Shown here in pieces: positions 13,190 through 24,868 of a stretch of 64,000 bases of DNA. The stretch spans positions 310,001 through 374,000 of the forward strand of contig NW_027271626.1 in the NCBI RefSeq assembly GCF_040938485.1, read 5' to 3'. The notes under the pieces were generated by a model. That model made no database searches, was not told where the DNA came from, and was given only the letters and a program-made list of their open reading frames with translations. How positions within the stretch are numbered: the stretch's first letter is position 1; each line of letters opens with the position of its first letter. The position numbers were made by a program, and so were the translations under genes. This stretch comes from Diadema antillarum. Lineage: Eukaryota.

Positions 13190-14805
13190 AAAAAAAGTCG
13201 GATGTTTGCCTTTACTTTTGGAAATGAACAGCGGTAACTATCGGCTCCGTAAGATGCTGAAATAAATGTCAGATGTTTGCTTTTAATTTTGGAAATGAAC
13301 AACGGTAATATGCGACTCCGTATGATACTAAAATAGATGTCGGATGTTTGCTTATACCTTTGGAAATTAATAACGGTCAAGATTCATGCAGCTCCGTATA
13401 CGGTGCTAAAATTAATGTCAGACTTGATTTTGCGTTCGGAAATGAATAAGGATAACATTCGGTTCCAGACGATGCTGAAATAAACGTCGAATGTTTGCTT
13501 TGACGTTCGGAAAAGAATAGTAGTAATATTCAACTCCGTACGATGATAAAATAAATGCCGGATGTTTGCTTTTACGTTCGAAAGTAGATAGCAGTAACAT
13601 ACAGCTCCGGAAGATGATAAAAAAAATGTCGAATGATCCCTTTGACGTTCGGAAATGAATAAAATAATATTCAACTCCGTACGATGATTTAATAAAACAT
13701 ATCGGATGCGCTTTTACTTTCTAAAGTAAATAGCAATAACATTCGACTCCGGAAGATGCTAAAATGAATGTCAGATGATTGCTATACGTTCGTAAGTGAA
13801 TAGCAGTAATATTCTGCTCCATACGAGGCTGAAATACATTTGTAACTGTCGGACGTTTGCTTTTACATTTTGAAATGAATAACAGTAACATTTACCTGCG
13901 TTCGATGGTAAAATTAATGTTTGATGTTTGCTTTGACGTTCGGAAATGAATAACAATACTATTCAACTCCGTACGATGATAAAATAAATGCCAGATGTTT
14001 GTTTTTACGTTCGAAAGTAAATAGCAATAACATTCAGCTTCGGAAGATGCAAAAATTAATGTCGAATAATTCCTATGACGTTCGGAAATGAATAACCATA
14101 ATATTCAACTCCGTACGATGATTAGATAAATATCGGATATTTTCTTTTAATATCCTTTCGAAAGTAAATAGCAATAATATTCGGCTCCGGAAGATGACAA
14201 AATAAACGTCAGATGATTGATTTTACGTTTGGAAGTGAATAGCAGTTGAACATTCTGCTCCATATTCATGATGCTAAAATGTCAGATATTTGCTCTTATA
14301 ATATATATTTCGAAATGTAACATTCAGTAACATTCAGCTGCGTTTTATGGCCAAGTTAATGTCTGATGTCTGATGTCTGCCCTTACGTTCAAAATGAAAA
14401 ACAGTAACATTCGGTTCTGTACGATGCTAAAATAATTGTCAGATGATTCATTTCACTTTCGGAAGTGGACAGCAATAACGGTAATATTTTGCTCCGTACG
14501 ATGCTAACATAAATAACAGATTGTTGTTTTTACATTTGGAAATTATTAATGGTATCAATCGGCTCAGTTAAATGCTAAAATAAATAGCGGATGTTTTCTT
14601 TCACGTTCGGAAATGAATAAGGATAGCATTCCGCTCCGTAAGATGCTAAAATGAATGTCGGTTAATACATTTGAAAATGAGTAACGGTAACATTCGGCTC
14701 CGTTAGGTGTTAAAATACAAATGTTGGATGGTTGCTTTTACAATCAGAAATGAATAACAGTAACTTTCGGCTCTTTACAATGCTATAAATCAAATGTCTG
14801 ATGTT
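13190..14805. repeat. Degenerate ~71-bp minisatellite (~23 copies) inside the CACTA element
   Basis: Unit approx. ctccgtacgatgctaaaataaatgtcagatgtttgcttttacgttcggaaatgaataacagtaacattcgg. ctccg anchors at 13245 and 13316 are 71 bp apart. Confidence 0.9.
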
Positions 14806-17507
14806 TAAAAACGTCTGCAAATGCTCCCACTTTCTCATTTCAAACGTAAGTCTTGACCACCTAAATATAGGCACAAATTTTATATAATGATCAATAAGCC
14901 TATACTTGCTAAATCTTAGAACTCAGAATATCGGTAAGATGATTGAATTTTCTATTCATTTATTTTAGACATGGGTACCTATCACTTCAGTAATACTTAA
15001 TATGCATTTGTCTGTGTTAAGTGGGACCAATTTCGTTTTTCTTATGTTTTTCTTTATTTTTTTTCGTGCCACAAGAATTTTCTTTCGGGCCACCGAAAGA
15101 TAAAAATCAATGATTTTTGTGACGAAAGTCGGATAGCGAAATTGTCACTGCATGCGTGTTTAGAATGAGATTAGAAAATGCCATCAATTACTAGACTTTG
15201 ACCATAATCGTCTGAAATGGATATCAAAAGACAAAAGATGCCCTACATTTTTCCCCCTCCGTTCGGCTTATTCAAAATATGAACATATACACTGACAAAA
15301 AGATGTGATGTTTGAGTTTTCTGCAAAAACGTGTGACTGAAACTATTGAATCGTTTTACTAGATTGAAAACAGTTTTATGAAATAAAAACAACGTTTTTA
15401 TGTCTCTTTCCACCACTCTTACATATGTTTTTGATTCAAAAGTGAAAAAAAAAAAAGGTTCGCATGGCACCGATGTCCGTTTTTACCTTTACGATGTTAC
15501 TTTACGATTTACAAGCTATCGCAGCCATCAGGCATTATGCCATATACATTGCGTCTTGCATGAACTTCAAATGGTTGGATATTTGTTCCTGATGCCCTTC
15601 CTCCTATATACGTATAATACTGTTAAGTATACCATCATCAACTATTTTTGAACTTTCTAACAACGACTTCATTCACTCATTATTTGTGGCACTTTTCTGA
15701 CAATGGCCACCCTGGCTCGAATTGAGTGTTGTTGCGTCGGACAGACTCTGGAAAGCGGCCCATTGTCGTACGTGTTGTCTCTCCGTATAAAGGTCATCTT
15801 TCTTTTAGCGGTCAAACCTTTCATCCCATCGAACGGTCCTGACCTGGACCCTAATCTTGCCGGTGCTTATACGCACATAGAGGAGAAAAATTCTTTTGTC
15901 CTTAATTCGTGCCGATTTCTTTGGTGATGATGAGCCAAACATGAGCCAGGCCTGTAGGCCTAATAGGCCCTATTATAATAAAGACAGCAAGCAATTACGA
16001 TGTCTGTAGCATACATCCGCTCTTTCTTGCCATTCTTAAGTTTGAATTCTTTTGTTTAGTTCAATTGCCCAAGCTAGTGACTCATGCTAAGGAGATTTAA
16101 ACTTTGATGGTTACTCATCTTCTCCTTTATCTGCATGTTTTCAAACTCTTGAAATTATAAGCATAGCGTAATAAGGTGAGACATGGCTGTACCATTCCTC
16201 TATATATCGTGACACTACACGTGGGGAAAGAAACTCAGCTTTTAATTTTTTTTTTCACAGAAAGCATTTTATTTATTTATTTTTTGGTTTGTTTCAGAGA
16301 CGTTTTACCCTACGAACTGAAATCTGTCTGGGGAAATATAGGGCCTATATGTGTAGCCGTTATCGAGCTGTTGCTGTGCGTAATGTTCGCAAACACGTGC
16401 TTCCACTTCTAACCGCGCCACGTGTTGGCTTCATTGCCAACATTGCGACGGACGGTACTTCATTTTTCGTATGCGTTCGATAAGGAAGGAAATTAAGTCC
16501 TCTGCCGAAATCGTAAATAGCGATGGTCTACTTGAATAGTGTTGTGATTAATACTACAAGGTTGCAAGTTCGAATTTCTTTCAGTTTTCAGAAGTAATAT
16601 ACATTTTGTTTTTGTTTTGTTGTTGTTTTTCTGAGCATAAGATTACAAGAGAGTTGCATTGCCACGATCATGCCGTGTAAAGTAGATGGCAGAATTCACC
16701 TATCTGCAGCAGAGCCGCTGTCTACCACCCGAAACATTCAGCATGTTTCCACAGAGAATCCGATTTGGTTTGCTTGCGCGCCATGCCTTGTGTATTCAGC
16801 ACAACAGTTCAGCGTCGCTAAGCTACATTTGCCTAAGCATACGGCCACGTGTATTTTCGTTGGTCATGTGGAATGTAGTTACATGCTAGTCTTTTTGCAG
16901 GGGTAGATTGATATGATTATGTGTGATGAATTATTGACTACCGGTATTCGCTGGTTTATGTTACAAACGTAAAAGAAAGGAGAATAGAATAATTTCGTAT
17001 TGCAATGCCCGAGGCCTTTGACTCGAGACTAGCTGGGAAGACTGTTCATTCCTCCGCTGTTTCCCAGGCTCTTTTGTCAAGGAATGATAATTATGCGCGC
17101 GTGTTCTTCTGTTTGAACGCCGCGTGTTCGTAAGAAATGTCCAGTACATCTGTATCTTTTTTTTTCTCTCTCTGCTTGCGTAATGAATGTATTAAAAGTA
17201 CTTCACATCGAACCTCGGTGTTATTCTTGCGTTAGCCAGCGCGCTTCGTCCTCGTCTGTACCAGTATAAGGGCCTTTACAAAAAAAGAAAAAAAAAAAAA
17301 AAAGGGGGGGGGGGTGGTAATTGTCGAACCTTCAAAAATACGATTAGCATTATCGACCTACAAATAAGGCATATAGAAATGAGTACAACTTTCTTGAAAT
17401 TACTGCAGCAAACTGGAAAAAATTTACGAATATGAACACAGAACACTCGTAATCACGATTTTACTTTGAAGTGGACAGGAAAAAGATTAAACGCAATAAA
17501 GAAAGAA

Positions 17508-17600
17508 ATGATGATGATGATGATGATGACGACGATGATGATGATCAACAGCATTTGTATGGCGCCATATATCTTTTATAGAAACATTCAAACGCGCAGA
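17508..17600 (-). mobile_element. Probable 3' end of an L2/CR1-type LINE or SINE with (ATC)n tail, inside the CACTA element
   Basis: Minus strand reads ...ggcgccatacaaatgctgttg(atc)n, resembling typical L2-type 3' ends. Confidence 0.35.
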
Positions 17601-18598
17601 CTCCTTAGCAATTGAATGCCTGGAGAAAAAAAAAAAAAATCAGAGGCTTTGAGGTGATCCAGTTAGTCAATTTCACGTAGAAAAGATGGGAGGGAGTTCC
17701 ATATCACACATAGGCGAGGAGCACTAGAGGAAAATGCCCGGTCTCACCAAAAGACGTATATATACTACGTTGTTTGTTCATACAGTTTTCTCAATATTTT
17801 AGATCAATTTCGTTATGTATAAGCATTTTGTTTTTTGTTGTATTTAATTTGTTCTGATAAATTATCGTATTTGATTATTTTATGGTTGTATTATACGGTA
17901 TACTGTTCATGCTGGTTATGTAACAGCGCCATGAGCATCATTCTTGATGGACTTCAGTGCATTGTAAGAGGCCACTATTATTATTTTTTTTAAATCATTA
18001 GTATCATTATCATTACTGTAAAAAAACAAAACACTGTAAAACAAAAGTCGAGTGATTTGATTTTCATTCATTTTTCAACAATAGGTCAGTATGGCCGATT
18101 TCTGTTCGCGCATTCCCGAATAGGCTTGTATGTAGGCCTACAGCTCATCTTTTTGAAGCAAGGGATGGCAAAAAGATGTTTCATCGTACGGAGTAGGCCT
18201 ATTTGGCCTACTAGTATACAATGTACACTGTATCTCACTTGGCGGTGACTGTTTACATACGTATAACTAATTTAAGGTTTAGTCAAGGTTCGTAAACAGT
18301 TGCAATTCGAAATTGTATATACGCAAACGATTTTCATCGTCTTAAACAGTGTTTTCTTTTCGTCTTGCTGCAAAGACGTTTGGTCATATAGGTCTACAAA
18401 TTTTTTTTGGCGACATGCACGACAATGCAAGCCATATATCTTAGAATTTGATTGCAACTGTTTTCGAATCCTGCAGACGAAAGTTTAAATTCACAATGTT
18501 CGCAAACGTTCGCAGCTCAGTGAGAGACTCTTGAGACCAGCCCAGCTTGGATAAGGTTAGTGTATTCGATAATCCCCGTAAGGAAATGTGTGCAGCTT

Positions 18599-18763
18599 CA
18601 GTGGCGGATCCAGGTGGAGGCACACCGGGTGCCCCCTCACCCTTATTTTGGTTTAAAAAAAAAAAAGAAATAAAAAGAAAAATGGAGTTGGCGCGTTCGT
18701 CCCCCGACACGTTCTAATTTTGTAAAGGCGTCCCTCTTTGCGGAATTCCTGGATCCGCCCCTG
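18599..18763. mobile_element. 165-bp MITE nested in the CACTA element
   Basis: TIR CAGTGGCGGATCCAGG / CCTGGATCCGCCCCTG, flanked by the direct repeat AGCTT (18594-98, 18764-68). Confidence 0.8.
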
Positions 18764-21700
18764 AGCTTTATCACTCATCTCTGCATGAGGTGAGTATTAA
18801 CTCATTAACCAATTCTCCGTTTAATGAGTTCACAACAGCAGAATAATTATGTCGACGAAGGTATACCACCGAGCATACGCTTCAATGCACATGCCGACAG
18901 GTGTAATCTTTGTTCGTCTCTACATCTTCCCTGAGAACAAAAGGAGAACAGTTTCCTTTCAAGGTAGAGCCGTGTGGCTTACACCGACCAGGGAAGGTGG
19001 CCCGAGAAGAAGAAACAACTCTCCTTTGAAGTCATGCTCGACACCGTAGAACGTTACGCGTTCAACACTACGCGTAGCCATGTGCTTTGAAAAGAGAGAG
19101 TGCATCATGCGGTAAGCAGGACTTGAATTGGAGTAGAGAATCAAAATGCAGTGTAAAACTGTCGATTTTGACGCCAAAGAGTTTAAAAAACACGCTAGAA
19201 CATACTTCGGCGGAGCACTTTCTTTGAAAAATCACAACATTACAGATATGATAAACAATCAAAAATTACATGTAAGCAAAAAGTTTGCATCATGGATAAT
19301 TATAAATGTCTTTAAAAAATCTAGTATTAATGGCATTTCGAAGAAACTAGAAATACATGTTTATGAATTCCAAATCGAGCATTTCATTTAAGATTTTCCG
19401 GTAAAATATAGCTTGTAATTCAATGAAATTCGAAGCGCGTTTTTCGTCTCACAGAGTGGTGTCGGGCATGACTTCATTAACGTAGCCTATGAATGTTGGA
19501 CATCTTATATGGTATAAAAATGCATTGAATATGCATTGTGTTTGTCTGAATTACGAAGAGTTGCCACTCCGTCTACACCCCCCAGCTGCACAGACCAAAG
19601 AGGACACACAGCTCTAAAATTTTCTCACAGAGATGAGTGTTTTCCTATAAAATTTGAAAAAAATAATCCATTATAACGAACCCCTCCTTTATGATAATAA
19701 TTTATGTAAGCTTTTCCGACTATGATCGATTCATCGACGACATTAATTGTTTATGAAAATATTTGATATTATACTTTGATGAATAATATTATGAAAACTG
19801 ACTTCATGACACAGGAGACAGCAAAATGTTCTCGAAATCCAGTTGGAACTAAACTTGAAGGGGATATAGAGATGAAATGACAATGTATACAGGCAAACAT
19901 GAATTAAAAACGCATTCATTCATTTTCCACTGCACCCTTATAGATTTGTGCCCGACAAGATACACATTTTCGAACTGATGATTAAAATCGTAGACTGTTT
20001 GCCCCTCGCGCTATGCGACTGGTAGAAATCATATCTTGCACGCGTGTCTCTTAAAATAGTCGACATATTCCAAACTCGTCCATTATAGTCATGGAGCTGT
20101 TAAAAAAAAAGCTGAAGAAAAAATGATGTATACAATTTACTCGCGTAGTTGACATTCGTCACTGATAAGGGATAACCGCATCAGGTACAGAAGTCGCATA
20201 TATCAGATCTCGAGAAAAAAAAAGAAGAAAAAAGGGAGAAAGTAGGTGTCAAAGATGTCTGAGGGGAATCATTCTGCTAATCGTGGATTGTATAAGAAAA
20301 CGTGGAAATAACCGCGGGACAATCGGTGGCTGCTTTTACATTTCGATTGAATCTATAGTGTGTGTAAAAAAAATTTTATGGTGTGCATGAATTACAATTC
20401 TCTGAAGAGCTCATGTTTAAGCGTGTGACGTTCACTCCTGCTGCAATGGAGAGGGTTATAATAACGATATTTTGCGATAACGAAGTAATTCATAATTAAA
20501 GTTGCCAAATTTGTCGACATTAAAAACAATTGTGTGAAATTATTACGAACACTTTTGTATAAGAACACGGTTACAGCAAAATTCTTGTTGAAACAAAGTC
20601 ATTTCCGAGCGTCATTGGCAAAGAACAAAAGAAACATGCTCCGTTCCTATGAGATGCCACTCCTCGCTTTCCTACATTGTACAAGAAGAAATTCACGGAG
20701 ACTGCATGAGCGAACGCTTGTTATTTATATTCGTTCACTTTTCCCCGTGGATAACTTGCATTGTATTAATCAAAAGTGAATATTAGGGATCGTTATCACG
20801 AACATTATCTTATGGCGTTTGTCCAAAGGTTCGTCATTCGTATACGGTTCATCACTGCGAAAATGAAATCAGGTTTTTTAATCCGAAAATGATAAGAATC
20901 TTCGTTATTCCAAAGATTCGCCGATATGAATATGAATTAAGATTCGTGAATCCAAACGTGAAAAAAAAAAGAAAGGAGTACACAGACACAATTTTGGAAT
21001 TACAAATCTAAATCATTGTCTTCGTTTCTACAGCAAAGTTACGCCTTGCAGAACCTTATTTCATTTTCGGATTAACCAAGCTTTTGAATTACGAATCCTG
21101 GGAATATCGAATCTTCGGAACGATCCTCCGAAACACGTCGGGAATAATGAACGTTCGTAAACGTTCGTAATCGACGAACTTTGGAATAACGAATCAGGCC
21201 TATAAACACATTCCTAACCATCACTTCACTTTTATATACATTTTTTTTTTCAAACTAAGCATGAAAGTACAAACTATACTCTGTTTGAAATCTGTTTCAA
21301 ATTGCCTTTTCATCCAGTGCAGCGTATTTGATATGACCAAATATTACTAAGCATTGAATTACGCATCATACGTATCGTTGCCGTCTTTTTTTTTTCTTCA
21401 TAACATACTCAGAACTGTATTCGTTCGATAAGACGAAATGTCGTTATACTTTTTTTATGAAATTGCCGATCCCTAGGACTTCGATTATTTATAACTGGAA
21501 TGCAGTGTATACAAAATAGGCACGGTCAGACTGGCAAAAGATCGAGAAGTTTAACATCGCGATCTTTATAAGATCTCGAAGTTTTGCCCGTCTGATGTTT
21601 CCCTGGGTAAAATTCGACCACCGCTGAATTCTCACGTGACTACTAGTACCCCCGTTTATGGATGCACGACGTGCGTTGTTGCCTTGACACACGATGAGCA

Positions 21701-23538
21701 AAAATGGACTGTCACATGCATGTGCGCACCGTGTGTATACAGTACGACGGACCATCGATTACGGTACATGTAATTTATCAGGTGCATCAGCGCTATGAAT
21801 GTATGCAGTCTGTACTTCGATCGACTGTACAAACGGTTGCGGTATACTAATACAATTAACAGTTGTACCAGCTCGTTTAGCTGACCAGATGAGCTCGAAC
21901 TGTAGGTATACGACCGCCAAAAGAAATCTATTCTTCTCCGTCAGATTTGCTCGAACTTGGCCCCATTTCGTACTCGTTTGAGGCGCGGCCACGATTAGTA
22001 AAAAGCTGAGAGCTATTCCCCTATACTAGCTAGCCGCAATAACGAAGCCACATTGTGTGCGCGAATGGATTTTACCTGCCGATGCATTGATGGCTAGAAC
22101 AATATTAGTAGTCCAGAGAATCATTTAAGCCGATAATTAAGTCATGAAATAGTAGTTGGCTGTTCGTAGAAAAGTCGTAGTTTTGAGGGAACTGCCCTTG
22201 AGGAAAATAGAAGTGGTATCAAAAGACGGATTATCGCCGTGAATAGCTAGTGGTCTATTGTCCGATTTTCACACTGCATAACAAAAGACGGCGTTCTCGG
22301 TCGCGAGAGCGGAGATGCGGAAGTCGTCTTTTGTGATGTGGCAAAACTACGACTTTCGTACGACTAAATCCTCACTAATCCACCCCTGATCTACAACCAC
22401 TTAACAATTTATCTACGCCTCTTTCACTTCTTAACAACGACGCATTCAACACTAAGGCACGAACACAAAGAACCACGGCAAAACTACGACTTTCTTACTA
22501 CTTTTTCAGTAGCAATCTACAGCAAAACTGTGTGCCTTTTCAACACGTAAGTACCACGGTTAGTGCTGGTAGTGTAAATCATCTTTGAAGATGTCAAATC
22601 AAGTGATTACAGTTACAGCAACACTTTCATAGACCATGCTGAATTACTCTGGATCCAGCACATCCTGTATTTCAAAATGGGTCGAGCAACATTAACAACA
22701 AACACAACCAAAACAGGCAATAAAAATACAGAAATAAAGGAATTACATGATATATTGCCTACAAGAATGATCTTGTCTGTAGCTAATGCCTACATTTTCA
22801 TGGATTTAGACTTGGGGGGGGGGGGGAGGGGCAGTTTTGGGGTCAATTTATTCTCTCACAATATTGCAGGGTATTGATATAGTCTGCCCCGACCATGACA
22901 TGATATATAACAAACATATTTAACCATCACATTCACAAGCCATGATTAATTTCCTGTGGTACCGACAGTCTTTCCCAGAATACAAATGGCGGGGGGGGGG
23001 GGGGGGGGGGGGATGTAAGGGAGAGAAAGGCTTTTATCTCCCATGTCCTGTTGCGTCCCTGACTTTCAGTCTTCCATGGGGTTAATGCCCTCCACTGGTG
23101 TGTGAATACGACCCACTGTAATTATGCGATATATCCAGTAGTGGTAATCATATCACACATCCTATGCTTCTGAGGTGTTTGCCTGTATTTACATGGACAG
23201 CCCAGTGTTTGAGCAATTTTTAAACTTCTTATAATACAATGTAGGCAAACAATAATAACACAAAACTCCTCATTACAAAGCTAAACACATTATTACACCA
23301 GTAGCCATTTCACTCAAATTCTTTTTCCTTTTTTTTTCCTACAACTATAATACATGTGTATGTTTAACTACAGTAATGATAATAATATCATAACTCAAAG
23401 GCAAGAACTGATGAAATATCTTTAGGGATTCTCCATTTAGGGCACTACTCCATGTTGGCAACACAGCAACACAACAAAAACAAAAAACAAAACAACAAAA
23501 AACAAAAACAGACTGGTGACCATTTCTTAGTATTTTAC

Positions 23539-23658
23539 CTTCTGCAGTTTCTCCAGACTTTTGATGTATTTCCTCTCACTTTCCAGGATACCATTCAGCA
23601 GGAGGCGTCTGATGCTGAGACTCTCCACCTCTGGTGTCGACAGCTTCACTGAATCTCC
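23539..23658 (-). CDS. BCR: BCR/ABR exon, start of DH (RhoGEF) domain (120 nt; GDSVKLSTPEVESLSIRRLLLNGILESERKYIKSLEKLQK)
   Basis: Acceptor catacag|GGA, donor AAG|gtaaaa, phase 0/0. RRLLLNGILESERKYIKSLEKL matches the first DH helix (BCR: RKWVLSGILASEETYLSHLEAL). Absent from the ORF track because it is under 60 aa. Confidence 0.9.
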
Positions 23659-24233
23659 CTGTATGATGAAACATCATGCAAAGTATTGATATCATATCTA
23701 GCAAAACATCTTGCTCGCAAATTGAAATTCATGGTATTATGAGGGTTCACCACCAACCATTAGTATAGGATGAGTCCCATCATAGTTTGATATAGGCCTT
23801 ATCAATTTCATTAGCTCTAGATGGAGCAAGGTATACACTAGGCATTTCAACATCAGCCCAATGTTTCGAAATAGCATACTACTTACTCGAGCTTAGACTT
23901 TCATAACCCAATGGCTAAATGGTAGGATGTTTTGTGATACAACTGACCTACACATATTTATCAAAAGTGATATCTTGAACATTTTCAAAATTACTGCTCT
24001 CAAAGGTAAACAGGACCTTTAAAATATTGATGGATACATTCCTCTGAGAACCTTGTGATGAACTATTTCATCCAAGTGCTCACACTTGATGCATTTCAAT
24101 ACTTGGAATGCAAATTGCATGCATTACATGTTGTTATATCAGGCAAGTCACCGCACTTTCTGGTTTCAGGAAAACCAAAAAGTAAAGATTTGTATGCATG
24201 AAATTTGAATACATTAGTAAAGCTGTTCCTTAA

Positions 24234-24803
24234 AGGACAAGTTCACCTTCATAAACATAAGGATTGAGAGAATGCAACAATATTAGTAGAACATATCAGT
24301 GAAAGTTTGAGGAAAATTGGACAATCGATGCAAAAGTTATGAATTTTTAAAATTTTTTGTGTTGGAACCGCTGGATGAGGAGACTACTACAGCTTGTGAG
24401 TCATATGCGTACAACAGTATAAAGAAAATGTAAAAGAAAATTCAACATATTTTCACTTTTTTCGCATAATAAAAGAGCTCTTGACTTGCCTCTTTTCTAA
24501 GGCAGGGGGAATAATATCACCCATAACATTTGTCGGTAACGAGTCAGGGGAATGTGTACTTTTTTCAAAAGATGGCATTTTGTGAAATTATCTTTATATT
24601 TTCCTTATATTGTTGTACGCATGTGACATCTAAGTTTTTCATACACTGCAGTAGTCTTCTCATCCAGCGGTTACTGCACAAAAACTTCAAAAATTCATAA
24701 CTTTTGAACGGATTGTCTGATTTTCCTCAAACTTTCAATGATGTGTTCTACTAATATTGCTACATTCTCTCAATCCTTATGTTTATGAAGGTGAACTTGT
24801 CCT
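24234..24803. mobile_element. Palindromic TTAA-target MITE (Kolobok-type ends AGG...CCT)
   Basis: TTAA|AGGACAAGTTCACCTTCATAAAC ... GTTTATGAAGGTGAACTTGTCCT|TTAA. Arm complementarity extends ~200 bp. Confidence 0.85.
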
Positions 24804-24813
24804 TTAATGATGT

Positions 24814-24815
<2 letters not shown>

Positions 24816-24862
<47 letters not shown>

Positions 24863-24868
24863 TGTGTA
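24816..24868. repeat. (GT)n microsatellite; similar (CA)n tracts at 1-45, 25665-25790, 32518-32572, 55664-55697 and 59141-59210
   Basis: Direct reading. Confidence 0.95.

Larger units (their letters stand above)
12616..22574. mobile_element. CACTA/EnSpm-type DNA transposon, 9959 bp, apparently non-autonomous
   Basis: Termini CACTA...TAGTG. Inverted repeats of ~100 bp (12616-12718 and ~22472-22574), first 37 bp perfect. 3-bp TSD TAA at 12613-15 and 22575-77. Subterminal AAAGTCGTAGTTTTG copies at 22171 and (inverted) 22342. No transposase ORF recognised. Confidence 0.88.

Noticed and set aside
13190-14805. Regular repeat array as a CRISPR-like structure
   Set aside because: Contiguous degenerate monomers without unique spacers, eukaryotic context and no cas genes.
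21489-21992. Two consecutive in-frame minus ORFs inside the CACTA element as a possible transposase remnant
   Set aside because: GTG start, internal stop and no En/Spm transposase motifs recognised.
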